A stretch of DNA of 64,000 nt from Syntrophus sp. (in: bacteria). GTDB taxonomy: Bacteria; Desulfobacterota; Syntrophorhabdia; Syntrophorhabdales; Syntrophorhabdaceae. Both the position numbers and the translations under genes were made by a program. Positions within the stretch are counted from its first letter, which is position 1. Each line of letters starts with the position of its first letter. The notes beneath the pieces are model-generated. The model saw only the letters and a list, made by a program, of their open reading frames with translations, ran no database searches and was not told the DNA's origin. Positions 1 through 9,422 of this stretch are shown in pieces. The DNA is taken from assembly GCA_013824645.1 (NCBI GenBank), contig PNOF01000006.1, positions 6,029-70,028 of the forward strand. The letters are read 5' to 3'.

Positions 1-1718
1 TCACCCTTAATTTCGTGCGGGAAGCCAACGACTGCTGACTCTGCAACTGCTGCTGTATATGAGTTGAGTGACGCTTCAACTTCAGCGGTACCCATTCTGT
101 GACCGGATACGTTAACGACGTCATCGATACGGCCCATGAGTCTGAAATAGCCGTCTTCATCCTTTATCGCGCCGTCGCCGGAGAAGTAGAAACCGGGCTG
201 CTGAATAAAATAGGTGTTGAAGAATCTTTCCGGCTCGCCAAAAACGCCTCGCATCATACCAGGCCATGACTGTGCGATACAGAGCTCACCCTGTTCGTTC
301 ACAGGTGCGTCTACTGCCGGCTGACTTGCATCTGATCTTGACTGCAGGGCGCGGGCATGAACGCCAAAGAACGGCAGTGTTGCATAGCTTGGTTTTGTCG
401 GCCATGCGCCGGGAAGCGGTGTAATGAGAATGCCACCTGTTTCAGTCTGCCACCAAGTGTCAGCTATGGGGCATCTCTCTCCGCCCACGTACTTGTGATA
501 CCAGAGCCATGCTTCGGGATTGATGGGCTCACCGACTGAACCTAAGAGTCTCAGGGAGGATAGATCTCTTCCCTGCGGCCACTTCTCACCATCCTTCATG
601 AGTGCACGGATAGCGGTTGGTGCGGTATAGAAGGTGGTAACTTTGAACTTCTCAACAATTGCCCAGAACCTGTCCGGATTCGGGAAGGTAGGCACGGACT
701 CGAAGACGACTGAGGTTGCACCGTTACACATAGGTCCGTAAACGATGTAGGAGTGACCTGTTACCCAGCCAATGTCTGCGGTACAGAAGAAGATATCTTT
801 ATCTTTGTAGTCAAAAATGTATTTGAATGTAGAATAGACATAGGTCATGTAACCGCCGGTTGTATGGAGCACGCCCTTCGGTTTGCCTGTGGAACCAGAA
901 GTATAGAGGATAAACAACGGATCTTCTGCGTCCATCTGCTCTGCGGGACAATCTGCAGTAATATCGGCAGCTGCGATCTCATCTTCAAACCAGGTGTCTC
1001 TTCCGGCTTTCATTGGCACGTCATAATTATCAAGTCTCTTTACGACGACTACTTTATCAACGGTACAGCCCAGTGCTGCGGCCTGATCGCAAGCAATGTC
1101 TGCATTTGCCTTGGAGCTGACATTTTTACCTGAACGCCAGTAGCCGTTTGCAGTAATGAGCACCTTTGCGCCGGCATCGATGATCCTGTCACGGAGGGCC
1201 TCAGCAGAGAAACCGCCGAAAACGATTGTATGGACAGCACCAATTCTTGCGCATGCGAGCATAGCAACGGGAAGCTGCCAGATCATAGGAAGATAAATGG
1301 CAACTCTGTCGCCTTTACGTACGCCTTTTTTCTTCAGGACATTGGCGAATTTCGATACTAACGTCAACATTTCTTTATAGGTAAGTTTTACTACATCATC
1401 TTCCGGCTCGCCCTGAAACAGAATGGCAACTTTGTCGCCCTTTCCTTTTTCAATCTGAGCATCAAGGCAGTTATAGGCGATATTGGTTTTGCCACCAATA
1501 AACCATTCAACTTCGCCCTTGGAAAAGTCTTCTCTGTTTACTTTAAGCCATTTTTTGAACCAGGTAAGTTCTGATGCGATGCCGCCCCAAAATGTTTCCG
1601 GATCCTGAATTGACTGCTGCCACATCTTTTCATACTGTTCTCTGCTACTTACATATGCCTGCTCGACAAATTCCGCTGGTGGGTAATACTTGTTGTTTTC
1701 TTCTTTAATTACTGCCAT
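1..1718 (-). CDS. acs: acetyl-CoA synthetase (AMP-forming), C-terminus cut off by window edge
   Basis: The minus-strand frame is open from ATG (1718-1716, AGGAGGA 6 nt upstream) to base 1. It is absent from the ORF track because no stop lies in the window. Own translation MAVIKEENNKYYPPAEFVEQAYVSSREQYEKMWQQSIQDPETFW...EWFIGGKTNIAYNCLD...VAIYLPMIWQLPVAMLACARIGAVHTIVFGGFSAEALRDRI matches the conserved Acs N-terminus and AMP-binding core. 572 codons are present. Confidence 0.9.
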   Translation of the reverse strand, partial: MAVIKEENNKYYPPAEFVEQAYVSSREQYEKMWQQSIQDPETFWGGIASELTWFKKWLKVNREDFSKGEVEWFIGGKTNIAYNCLDAQIEKGKGDKVAILFQGEPEDDVVKLTYKEMLTLVSKFANVLKKKGVRKGDRVAIYLPMIWQLPVAMLACARIGAVHTIVFGGFSAEALRDRIIDAGAKVLITANGYWRSGKNVSSKANADIACDQAAALGCTVDKVVVVKRLDNYDVPMKAGRDTWFEDEIAAADITADCPAEQMDAEDPLFILYTSGSTGKPKGVLHTTGGYMTYVYSTFKYIFDYKDKDIFFCTADIGWVTGHSYIVYGPMCNGATSVVFESVPTFPNPDRFWAIVEKFKVTTFYTAPTAIRALMKDGEKWPQGRDLSSLRLLGSVGEPINPEAWLWYHKYVGGERCPIADTWWQTETGGILITPLPGAWPTKPSYATLPFFGVHARALQSRSDASQPAVDAPVNEQGELCIAQSWPGMMRGVFGEPERFFNTYFIQQPGFYFSGDGAIKDEDGYFRLMGRIDDVVNVSGHRMGTAEVEASLNSYTAAVAESAVVGFPHEIKG

Positions 1719-1931
1719 ACCTTATCCTCCTGGGTTTAATATTTGATTGACTATTAATATCCTTTTTGCTCAAACAAATTATATTAAACGCCTGCGGTAA
1801 AGTTGTCAACAAAATTATGTTAATATTTTCACAATATAGTTTACTTTGGGGTCTGCTTTGTACTAAATTAGCTGTTGATGATTTACAATCAATCTTTCAT
1901 AACATTTTGCAAAAACTAAGGAGGGTTTATC

Positions 1932-2516
1932 ATGATAAACGATTCCAAAATAGAACAGGCCCTGCAAAAACTGGTAGAAGGCAATAAACGGTATTTTTCG
2001 TCAAAACAGTCCCATCCTAATCAGGACATGGAACGCCGCAAAGAAGTTTCAAAGGGTCAGAAGCCCTTTGCTGTTATCGTAGGTTGTTCCGATTCCCGAA
2101 TCCCCCCGGAGATCATTTTTGACCAGGGGCTCGGCGATCTTTTTGTTATCCGTGTTGCCGGTAATATTGTCGATGATGTGGCCTTAGGCAGTATTGAATA
2201 TGCTGTTGGCCATCTCGGTTCACAACTCGTTGTCGTCCTCGGCCATTCCAAATGCGGCGCCGTCACGGCAACCGTCCAGGGTGGTGAAGTACACGGCCAT
2301 ATCGGAAGTATTGTGAAAGCAATCATGCCTGCGGTAGAGAGGGCAAAGGCAGAAACAGGTGATCTCACTGACAACAGCATCAAAGCCAATGCGTTGCTTG
2401 TTGCAGATCAGATAAAATCATCCCAGCCTATCCTGTCTGAAATGGTACGCAACGGCAAAATAGAAGTCGTCAGTGCCTATTACGACATAGACAGCGGGGA
2501 AGTAACAATATTGTGA
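1932..2516 (+). CDS. beta-class carbonic anhydrase
   Basis: 194 aa with GGAGGG upstream. Carries the beta-CA zinc-site blocks CSDSRIPPEIIFDQGLGDLFVIRVAGN and GHSKCGAV. Confidence 0.9.
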   Translation: MINDSKIEQALQKLVEGNKRYFSSKQSHPNQDMERRKEVSKGQKPFAVIVGCSDSRIPPEIIFDQGLGDLFVIRVAGNIVDDVALGSIEYAVGHLGSQLVVVLGHSKCGAVTATVQGGEVHGHIGSIVKAIMPAVERAKAETGDLTDNSIKANALLVADQIKSSQPILSEMVRNGKIEVVSAYYDIDSGEVTIL

Positions 2517-2572
2517 AGAAAGGTTAAAGGTAGAAGGCTAAAGGTTACGATTCGCGATTCACGATTTCCGGT

Positions 2573-3355
2573 TCACGGCTTTATTGGGCGTCTCACAAAC
2601 CATTTCAGTGCCATGCCCAGCGCTACCATGCTGAGACTCAAAATCTGTCCCATGCTGAGAAGACCGAAGAAGTAGCCAAGCTGGCTGTCGGGTTCCCTGA
2701 ATAACTCGCAGAAGCTCCTGAACACGCCGTAGAGTATCAAAAAGAGCGCAAAGACATCCCCTTCATGTTTCTTTCTGTCTTTATATATCCAGAGGATGAT
2801 AAAGAGCACAATACCTTCAAAAAACATTTCATATAATTGCGACGGGTGTCGCGGCGCACTGCCCCCATCAGGAAAAACCATCGCCCAGGGGACTGTTGAG
2901 GTCTTCCCGAAGAGTTCACCATTAATAAAATTCCCAAGTCTGCCAAATCCTATCCCGATGGGACAGGTAGGAACAAAAAGGTCTACAGTCGCAAAAAAGT
3001 TGAGTTTTTTTCTTTTTATTACGATATAACCGGCAACAAAGGTCCCGATAAGCCCTCCATGAAAGGACATGCCCCCGTGCCATATTGCAAATGCATCGAG
3101 GGGGTTCTCAAGATAGAAGGGGAGGTTGTAAAACAAAACATATCCAAACCGTGCCCCAATGATAAGCCCCACAATGAGATAGAAGAAGAGATCGTCAATG
3201 ATCTCACGGTCAAATTCGAGTTTTTTTTTCTTCATCTGGTGCACGACAAGAAGATACGAAGAAACAAAACCAAAGACATACATGAGACCATACCATCTCA
3301 TGGCAAAGGGACCTATCTTAAAGATTACCGGATCGATATGAGGAAACTGAAGCAT
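2573..3355 (-). CDS. lgt: prolipoprotein diacylglyceryl transferase
   Basis: 260 aa polytopic protein. Lgt signature blocks are RWYGLMYVFGF, WHGGMSFHGG and GRLGNFINGELFG. Confidence 0.9.
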   Translation of the reverse strand: MLQFPHIDPVIFKIGPFAMRWYGLMYVFGFVSSYLLVVHQMKKKKLEFDREIIDDLFFYLIVGLIIGARFGYVLFYNLPFYLENPLDAFAIWHGGMSFHGGLIGTFVAGYIVIKRKKLNFFATVDLFVPTCPIGIGFGRLGNFINGELFGKTSTVPWAMVFPDGGSAPRHPSQLYEMFFEGIVLFIILWIYKDRKKHEGDVFALFLILYGVFRSFCELFREPDSQLGYFFGLLSMGQILSLSMVALGMALKWFVRRPIKP

Positions 3356-3454
3356 AATAAATCCTGTTGTGTGTCTTAAATTTTATATGCCGAAGCAATT
3401 GTTATCTGGTTTTACTTAACACCTAAAACCTGACACCTGAAACCGCTTTTATTT

Positions 3455-4075
3455 TTATATACTATTTTCCCTGATTAATTCCCATACATCTTTTGCATCT
3501 TTGAAGACCAGACCCTGCAAGCCGAAACTTTTCGCGGCCTCGACATACTCCGGGATATCATCAATATAGAGCACTTCCTCTCTTGTGACATCCTTATTTT
3601 TCTCAAAAATTACATCATATATCTTCTGTTTCGGTTTTTTTGCACCTATTTCGTAAGAAAGTATCCACTCGTCAAGGGAGTGGACTATGGGATACCGCTC
3701 CATAATATAAGAGAAGTGAAGCTTGTTCGTGTTGCTCAACAGGAAAATGGGGTACCCCTGTCTTTTCAAAAAAAGAATTAACTCATTCACTTCAGCATTC
3801 TCCGCGAATATTAAGTTCCAGATGTCCTTAAATTCTTCAAAATCCAGGTCAAGTTTATATCGTTCCCTCAATCTGGCAAAAAAATCTATGGACGACATAA
3901 GGCCTTCTTCATAGGGATTCACAAGACCAAGATCCCTATCAAACATAAACCGGAACATGTCCGCAGGGGTAAAACGGTCCTGAATCCTTGAGACTTCATG
4001 GAGTTTCACGGCAATCTGTCTGTGCTCGAAGGGAAGGATAACATTGCCAAGGTCAAAGACAAAGAGCTTAATCAT
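3455..4075 (-). CDS. HAD-superfamily hydrolase (subfamily IA-like)
   Basis: 206 aa. HAD motif I FVFDLGNV, motif II LLSNTN, and motif IV YIDDI near the C-terminus. Overlaps the upstream gene by 8 nt, suggesting translational coupling. Confidence 0.75.
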   Translation of the reverse strand: MIKLFVFDLGNVILPFEHRQIAVKLHEVSRIQDRFTPADMFRFMFDRDLGLVNPYEEGLMSSIDFFARLRERYKLDLDFEEFKDIWNLIFAENAEVNELILFLKRQGYPIFLLSNTNKLHFSYIMERYPIVHSLDEWILSYEIGAKKPKQKIYDVIFEKNKDVTREEVLYIDDIPEYVEAAKSFGLQGLVFKDAKDVWELIRENSI

Positions 4076-4727
4076 AGGGAAATACCTTTACGGGATGCAG
4101 CGGCGCAAAGACTGCCTGGGGATCTTTTAAATGCTGCCAGCCGGTAATATGGGCGAACTGCTTGCCGCTGTAGTACCGCATTAATACGTTGATTTTCCGG
4201 CTTATATAGCGGTCACGAATGTGCATTTCTTCCGTATAGGGAGTCATCTCTATCCCGGCATCGAAAAAAAGCCTTGCCATAGCCCTTTCGTTACTGCCAA
4301 CCTGCCCGTCATATGTTCCGACAACGTTTCTAATATTCTCTTCGCTGAATAATTCGTCTATCTTTCTGAGATTCATATAGGAAAAAAAATCTATATCAAC
4401 AGGGTAGAGTACTGCACTGTTGCCGATACAATAGCGTGAGGCCGCTTCATACTCGCCGGGAAGATCAATAAAAGCATACAAAAATGATAGCGCTTCTTCG
4501 TTATATGCCTCCCGGTTTTGTCTCATCTTCTCCAGCACACTTTCAACCTGCTTTCGGTACATGAGACCCTTTTCCTTTCTAAATATAAGTCCGTATTGCG
4601 AAAATTCAATCGTAATAACATCGGGCCTTATTTCATTGAGCCATCTTTCTACGATTTGACCGTTGTTTTTATCCCGGTGGATCACCCCCAGCATATAGAA
4701 TGTTTTCTCATCGGCTAAAGGGAGCAT
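4068..4727 (-). CDS. conserved hypothetical protein, weakly TraB/GumN-like
   Basis: 219 aa uninterrupted ORF in a coding-dense minus-strand run. N-terminal LGVIHRD and C-terminal HITGWQHL loosely recall the GxxH ... GxxHL pattern of TraB/GumN proteins. The family assignment is tentative. Confidence 0.45.
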   Translation of the reverse strand: MLPLADEKTFYMLGVIHRDKNNGQIVERWLNEIRPDVITIEFSQYGLIFRKEKGLMYRKQVESVLEKMRQNREAYNEEALSFLYAFIDLPGEYEAASRYCIGNSAVLYPVDIDFFSYMNLRKIDELFSEENIRNVVGTYDGQVGSNERAMARLFFDAGIEMTPYTEEMHIRDRYISRKINVLMRYYSGKQFAHITGWQHLKDPQAVFAPLHPVKVFPYD

Positions 4728-4899
4728 ACTTAATTGTTATTTATGCATACATGAAAACTTCTTTTCAAGAGATATTTTTAAGCGTAACAATATATGTAAT
4801 CCCCTTTGCGCTCATTAGAAGTTGTAGGCCTCCTGATTTCTTGTCTGTTTTTTGTTGTCAATTTTATAAACATATAATAAAATAGGCTGCTATTCGACA

Positions 4900-5886
4900 A
4901 TGAAAATAATATTGAAAATATTGATCATTCTTTCTTTTTGCCTGTCAGGAGGCATCGTTTGCGCCGCCGACATGGTCGTTGGCGGAGAAACGACCTATGT
5001 TGTGCAAAAAGGAGATAATCTTCAACTCGTCGGCGCCAGACATGGCGTTTTTTGGAAAGCAATCGCTGCTAATAATAACCTTGATATCAAGCAGCCCCTT
5101 ACAGAGGGAACCATTATCAAGCTCAACACAAGAAGAATCGTTCCACGGGTCGTAGATGATGGTATTATCATTAATATACCGGACAGGACCCTTTACCTCT
5201 TTAAGGGCGGCAACCTCACCTCTTTTCCTGTTGGCCTTGGACTTCTGGCAAAAACAGAAATTTCAGACTGGAGGACACCAACAGGCAAATTCCATATCGT
5301 CAGTAAGAGAAAAGATCCCACATGGTACGTGCCGGAATCAATTCAGCTGGAAAACGCAATGAAAGGAAAGGAAGTGGAAGAGTCGGTGCCGCCGGGACCT
5401 AAAAATCCATTAGGCAAGTATGCCATTGAAACATCACTTCCCGGTCTTCTCATCCATGCAACAATCTGGCCAGCCAGTGTTTACCGATATATGAGCCATG
5501 GATGTATCCGTGTGCTCCCCGAACAGATGGAACAGCTCTATCCTATGGTTGATATAAAAACCAAAGGGGAGATCATTTATGAGCCTGTCAAACTTGCCGT
5601 TACCGATAACGGGAGGGTCTATCTCGAGGTAAGGACCGATGTGTACAAAAAACATTCGTCGATAAGAGAATACGTAAAAAAAACCATTGAAACCCGGGGT
5701 ATCTCTGACAAAGTAGACTGGCAGAAGATCGACAAACTCATTAAAAACGAAACCGGAGTAGCAGAAGATGTAACGTTGCAACCGACCACACAGGCCACGA
5801 TCTTTGCAGGCAAGAACGGAGATATGAGCCTTGCCCAGAAAATCATCTCATTTTTCAAGAACCGTTTCAAAAAACTGACATCTTAA
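4900..5886 (+). CDS. LysM domain-containing L,D-transpeptidase (YkuD family)
   Basis: 328 aa with a signal peptide (MKIILKILIILSFCLSGGIVCA). LysM-like segment YVVQKGDNLQLVGARHGV...IAANNNL. YkuD catalytic motif HATIWP...SHGCIRV. Confidence 0.85.
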   Translation: MKIILKILIILSFCLSGGIVCAADMVVGGETTYVVQKGDNLQLVGARHGVFWKAIAANNNLDIKQPLTEGTIIKLNTRRIVPRVVDDGIIINIPDRTLYLFKGGNLTSFPVGLGLLAKTEISDWRTPTGKFHIVSKRKDPTWYVPESIQLENAMKGKEVEESVPPGPKNPLGKYAIETSLPGLLIHATIWPASVYRYMSHGCIRVLPEQMEQLYPMVDIKTKGEIIYEPVKLAVTDNGRVYLEVRTDVYKKHSSIREYVKKTIETRGISDKVDWQKIDKLIKNETGVAEDVTLQPTTQATIFAGKNGDMSLAQKIISFFKNRFKKLTS

Positions 5887-6017
5887 TATGAGAAAAGGCA
5901 TTCAAAACGCATTACTGTCGCCGGATTCACGATTCGGGTTTTGTTGTTCCATCCTACCCCACGTCCCTTAGAGTTTCTCTTTTTAAGAAATCAAGATTTC
6001 ACGATTGCCGGATAGTC

Positions 6018-6299
6018 CTATTTTACGGAAATAACTTCACGGCAATTTGTCAGACAGCGGGCATAGCGGTGTTCTTCCTGTTCAACCTTATCCTGGTAAG
6101 TAAATCTGTCTCCTGTTTTTGAAAAGACCTTATTCAAAATTGCCATTTTCTCTGAATGTTCTTTAAGACATTCTTTCTGGCACTGTGGTTCGTCACCCCG
6201 TTTTCCTCCGTTTTGTGTTTCGGAATGTACAATCGAGGTGCTACATAAAGAGGCTACGAAAAGACCGATGAGTGTTCCCGTGAGGACAATATTTTTCAT
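6018..6299 (-). CDS. small secreted Cys-containing hypothetical protein
   Basis: 93 aa with an N-terminal signal peptide (MKNIVLTGTLIGLFVASLCS). No family recognised. Confidence 0.5.
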   Translation of the reverse strand: MKNIVLTGTLIGLFVASLCSTSIVHSETQNGGKRGDEPQCQKECLKEHSEKMAILNKVFSKTGDRFTYQDKVEQEEHRYARCLTNCREVISVK

Positions 6300-6455
6300 G
6301 ACACCTTATATTAGTGTACAGCAGTAGAGCTAAATTATGTGTCAAAATAGCGCTATAGAGTATAAAAAGTTCATAAAGATAAGCGATTCAAAAAAATTGT
6401 GACCCTTGCACAATCGGTGTTTTGAACAATAGATATAGTCATTTTTTCAGTGATT

Positions 6456-8438
6456 TCAGGAGCCCATATCCACCCTTATAGGCATGATAATGGTAGGGAT
6501 ACCTTCCCATTGGAGACGGCGCTGGATAGCATAAGCTGTCTGGTTGTGAAGGAGCCTGTCCGTGAAGGTCTCCCGGTGGAAGACAAGTTGTCCTGTAAAA
6601 ACGGTAGATCTGGGATAGTCCTGCATAATGGAACGGCAAAGGTCAACCGCAGCGTCTATGACATCTGCCGATGCCTCCATGCGATAGTCCGCAGGGAAAC
6701 CATGCCGCCTCGTGACCTTTACATATTTTTGAAGGCCTTCTTCGGTAGACAATCTCAGGCCATCCATGGCGTCAGCGCCCTTGAATGAGCCTGAATCGAC
6801 TTCGGCAACGGATACGAAAATGAAATTGCGATAGAGATTGGGAAAGTAACGGACAATAGAGAGCAGGGTATGGAGGCCCAGGCTGTTGAAACCGGTAACC
6901 AGAAGGATTGCCGTCTGGTCTGTTTTGCGAAGAGGTTCATTATTAGCCTCTTCGTGAGCCGGGATATTCATGAGCAGCTCATCAAGACGCCGCAGACTTT
7001 CTTTAACTTTCCCGTAGTGCCTCCTGATGACATAACAAAGGCCGATTGCAGAAGAGGTGATGAGCAACGTCACCCATCCCCCTTCAGTGAACTTCTCGTA
7101 AACCGTAATGGCAAGGATGGTGATACACAAGACAAAGCCGATGAGATGCACCAGCAGGTGGCGTTTCCATTTTTCTATTCTTGATCTGTTCCGGATAAAA
7201 TAACGGGCCATACCAAACTGTGAGAGAGAGAAGGTGAGAAAAACGTTAATGGAATACATAATCACCAGCGCTGAAATGGATCCATGTGTATAGAAGAGGA
7301 GGAGTATCGCAGCAATACCCATGAGCACGACCCCATTCTGCATGGTAAGCCGTTCGGAAAGTGACGCAAAACGCCGGGGAAACCAGGAATCAATGGCCAT
7401 ATTAGACATGACCCTGGGGCCATCAATAAATCCCGCCTGGGCTCCAACGAGGAGTAGCGCTCCTTCTGAGAGGATTGTCACCAGGGCCAACGTATTGCCC
7501 AGGGGCCAGTGGCCGAACATACTGGTCGCCAGGATGGCATTCAATGTTTTTCCGGGAACAGGCACGACCTTCCACAGAAGGTAACAAATGAAAAGACCGC
7601 CAGCCGTTAAGGCAAGAGACGAAGCCATATATGCCATCGTCCGTTTTCCCGTCTGTACCTTTGGCTCTCTCATTATCTGGAGCCCATTGGAGACTGCCTC
7701 TATTCCCGTATAGGTACCTGCTCCCAGGGAATAGGCCCGTAAAAAAAGGGCGAGAATACCGAGAAAACCGATCGTTGCAAGGTCATGCTGCATATTTCCA
7801 TGGATCTCTCTCGCTACAGGAGCAAGCTGTGAGGTGTGGCTCAGTATGCCGTAACCGAGAAGGACCATGTGGGTTGCCACAAAAACCATAAAAATAGGGG
7901 CCAGAAACAGGACAGATTCTTTTACTCCCCGCATGTTAAGAACTACGAGCATAACGATGAGAAACGCGACAAAACCTATTTTGTATACGTGAAAATTCAT
8001 AGGCAGAAAACTGAAGAGCGCATCGGCGCAGGAGACAAGCGAAACGGTAATGGTCAGCATATAATCCACGAGGAGAGCACAGCCTGATATTACCCCTGCG
8101 CCCTCACTAATAGTATGAGTAGCCACAATATACCCGCCGCCGCCATGAGGGAAGTGTTCAATAATACGGGAATAGGAATAGGAGATGATAAGAACCGTAA
8201 AAGCTGTTGCGAGGGCCAGAAAAACACCAAGGTATACATGAGAGCCTATGGCGCGGAATGCCTCCTCGGGGCCGTAAGATGATGAAGAAAGCCCGTCAGC
8301 ACCAAGCCCTATCCAGGCAAGAATTGGAATTAAACTCAGCTTATGGAAGAGCGATGAGTCTTTTATGTCCTTTGGTCTCCCTATGAGGGCATGACGGACC
8401 TTTGTGAGGAAGGACTCACCCTCCGGTTTTTCAGTCAA
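6456..8438 (-). CDS. kimA: KimA-family K+/H+ symporter (APC fold plus cytoplasmic C-domain)
   Basis: 660 aa with a TTG start and AAGGAG 7 nt upstream. Blocks LIGRPKD, GADGLSSSSYGPEE, GGGGYIV, LLVDYMLT, LNMRGVKES, TGIEAVSNG and C-terminal HNQTAY..RRLQW run parallel to B. subtilis KimA (YdaO) as I remember it. Confidence 0.8.
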   Translation of the reverse strand: MTEKPEGESFLTKVRHALIGRPKDIKDSSLFHKLSLIPILAWIGLGADGLSSSSYGPEEAFRAIGSHVYLGVFLALATAFTVLIISYSYSRIIEHFPHGGGGYIVATHTISEGAGVISGCALLVDYMLTITVSLVSCADALFSFLPMNFHVYKIGFVAFLIVMLVVLNMRGVKESVLFLAPIFMVFVATHMVLLGYGILSHTSQLAPVAREIHGNMQHDLATIGFLGILALFLRAYSLGAGTYTGIEAVSNGLQIMREPKVQTGKRTMAYMASSLALTAGGLFICYLLWKVVPVPGKTLNAILATSMFGHWPLGNTLALVTILSEGALLLVGAQAGFIDGPRVMSNMAIDSWFPRRFASLSERLTMQNGVVLMGIAAILLLFYTHGSISALVIMYSINVFLTFSLSQFGMARYFIRNRSRIEKWKRHLLVHLIGFVLCITILAITVYEKFTEGGWVTLLITSSAIGLCYVIRRHYGKVKESLRRLDELLMNIPAHEEANNEPLRKTDQTAILLVTGFNSLGLHTLLSIVRYFPNLYRNFIFVSVAEVDSGSFKGADAMDGLRLSTEEGLQKYVKVTRRHGFPADYRMEASADVIDAAVDLCRSIMQDYPRSTVFTGQLVFHRETFTDRLLHNQTAYAIQRRLQWEGIPTIIMPIRVDMGS

Positions 8439-8729
8439 TAGTAACTCCTTATTGCCCTGGCAGATATTCTTCCCGGTATGTGTATTCGAGTTCTGTCAGG
8501 CAAGCAGAAAAAACCCTCTCAGGCTTTAGTGGTCCTAAAGCGCATAGTCCTGCGACCTTTTTGAGGACTATGGTGATTCGTTTCCGTCGTTTAGTTTAGA
8601 CCAGTACGCCTAAAATAGGCGTCAAGATATCTCTCCAGGACATAAATATAATGTAAAGATAGAGCCATTAAAGATACAAGGAGGAGGTTGGGAGGGCATT
8701 TTGCCGGTTACCGCAGATGCGGAAATGGC

Positions 8730-9422
8730 TTATTCCCCGGAAATAAACCGATAACCCACACCCGCCTCCGTCATGATGTAGCGAGGCTGAGTGGGATTCT
8801 TTTCTATCTTCCGGCGCAACTGACCGATGTAAACACGAAGATAGTGTGTTTCTCCTTGATAGTTAGGACCCCAGACGGTCCGCAGGAGCTGGCCGTGAGT
8901 AATGACACGTCCCGAATGGAGGGCCAGGTATTTGAGGATTTCATACTCCGTAGGGGTCAGCTTCACTTCCTGTCCCTGAAGCAGAACAATGCGCCGCGCC
9001 AGGTCTATGGTCAAATCAGGAAATACCAAAACAGGTTCATCTTCGGATTTGGCGAAATGTTTGATAGCGACACGGATCCTGGCGAGTAGCTCTCCCATAC
9101 TGAAGGGTTTTGTAAGATAATCATCGGCGCCTGCATCAAGGGCATTGATCTTGTCGTTCTCTCTTTCCCGGACGGAGAGGACTATAATGGGGACCTGTGT
9201 CCATTCCCTGAGACGGGAGATAACTTCCATACCATCCAGATCGGGGAGACCCAGATCGAGGACCACGAGGTCAGGGTGAAAGATCGATGCCTGGTTCAGC
9301 CCTTCCTTCCCGGAAGAGGCCTCAGCCAATGAATATCCGTGAGCACTTAGAGCTACATTAAGCATGCGACGAATCTGGTGCTCATCATCGATAACAAGAA
9401 TTCTTGCGCCTTCAGGGGCCAC
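8730..9422 (-). CDS. kdpE: OmpR-family response regulator, KdpE-like
   Basis: 230 aa. The receiver domain has ILVIDDE...DLVVLDLGLPDLDG...LSVR..E.DKI.ALDAGADDYLTKPF, followed by a winged-helix C-terminus (YLRVYIGQLRRKIE). This is the KdpE pattern. Overlaps the kinase gene by 11 nt. Confidence 0.8.
   Translation of the reverse strand: MAPEGARILVIDDEHQIRRMLNVALSAHGYSLAEASSGKEGLNQASIFHPDLVVLDLGLPDLDGMEVISRLREWTQVPIIVLSVRERENDKINALDAGADDYLTKPFSMGELLARIRVAIKHFAKSEDEPVLVFPDLTIDLARRIVLLQGQEVKLTPTEYEILKYLALHSGRVITHGQLLRTVWGPNYQGETHYLRVYIGQLRRKIEKNPTQPRYIMTEAGVGYRFISGE

Noticed and set aside
357-1267. Three track ORFs (357-539+, 753-1133+, 1049-1267-) inside the first 1.7 kb.
   Set aside because: The minus-strand frame that is open across the entire 1-1718 region encodes a clear acetyl-CoA synthetase. 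These are out-of-frame or antisense artefacts.
8439-8729. Possible c-di-AMP (ydaO-type) riboswitch in front of the KimA-like gene, by analogy with Bacillus kimA.
   Set aside because: I could not find the conserved ydaO core sequences or its pseudo-two-fold architecture by eye. It is kept only as a generic structured leader. An Infernal scan would be needed.
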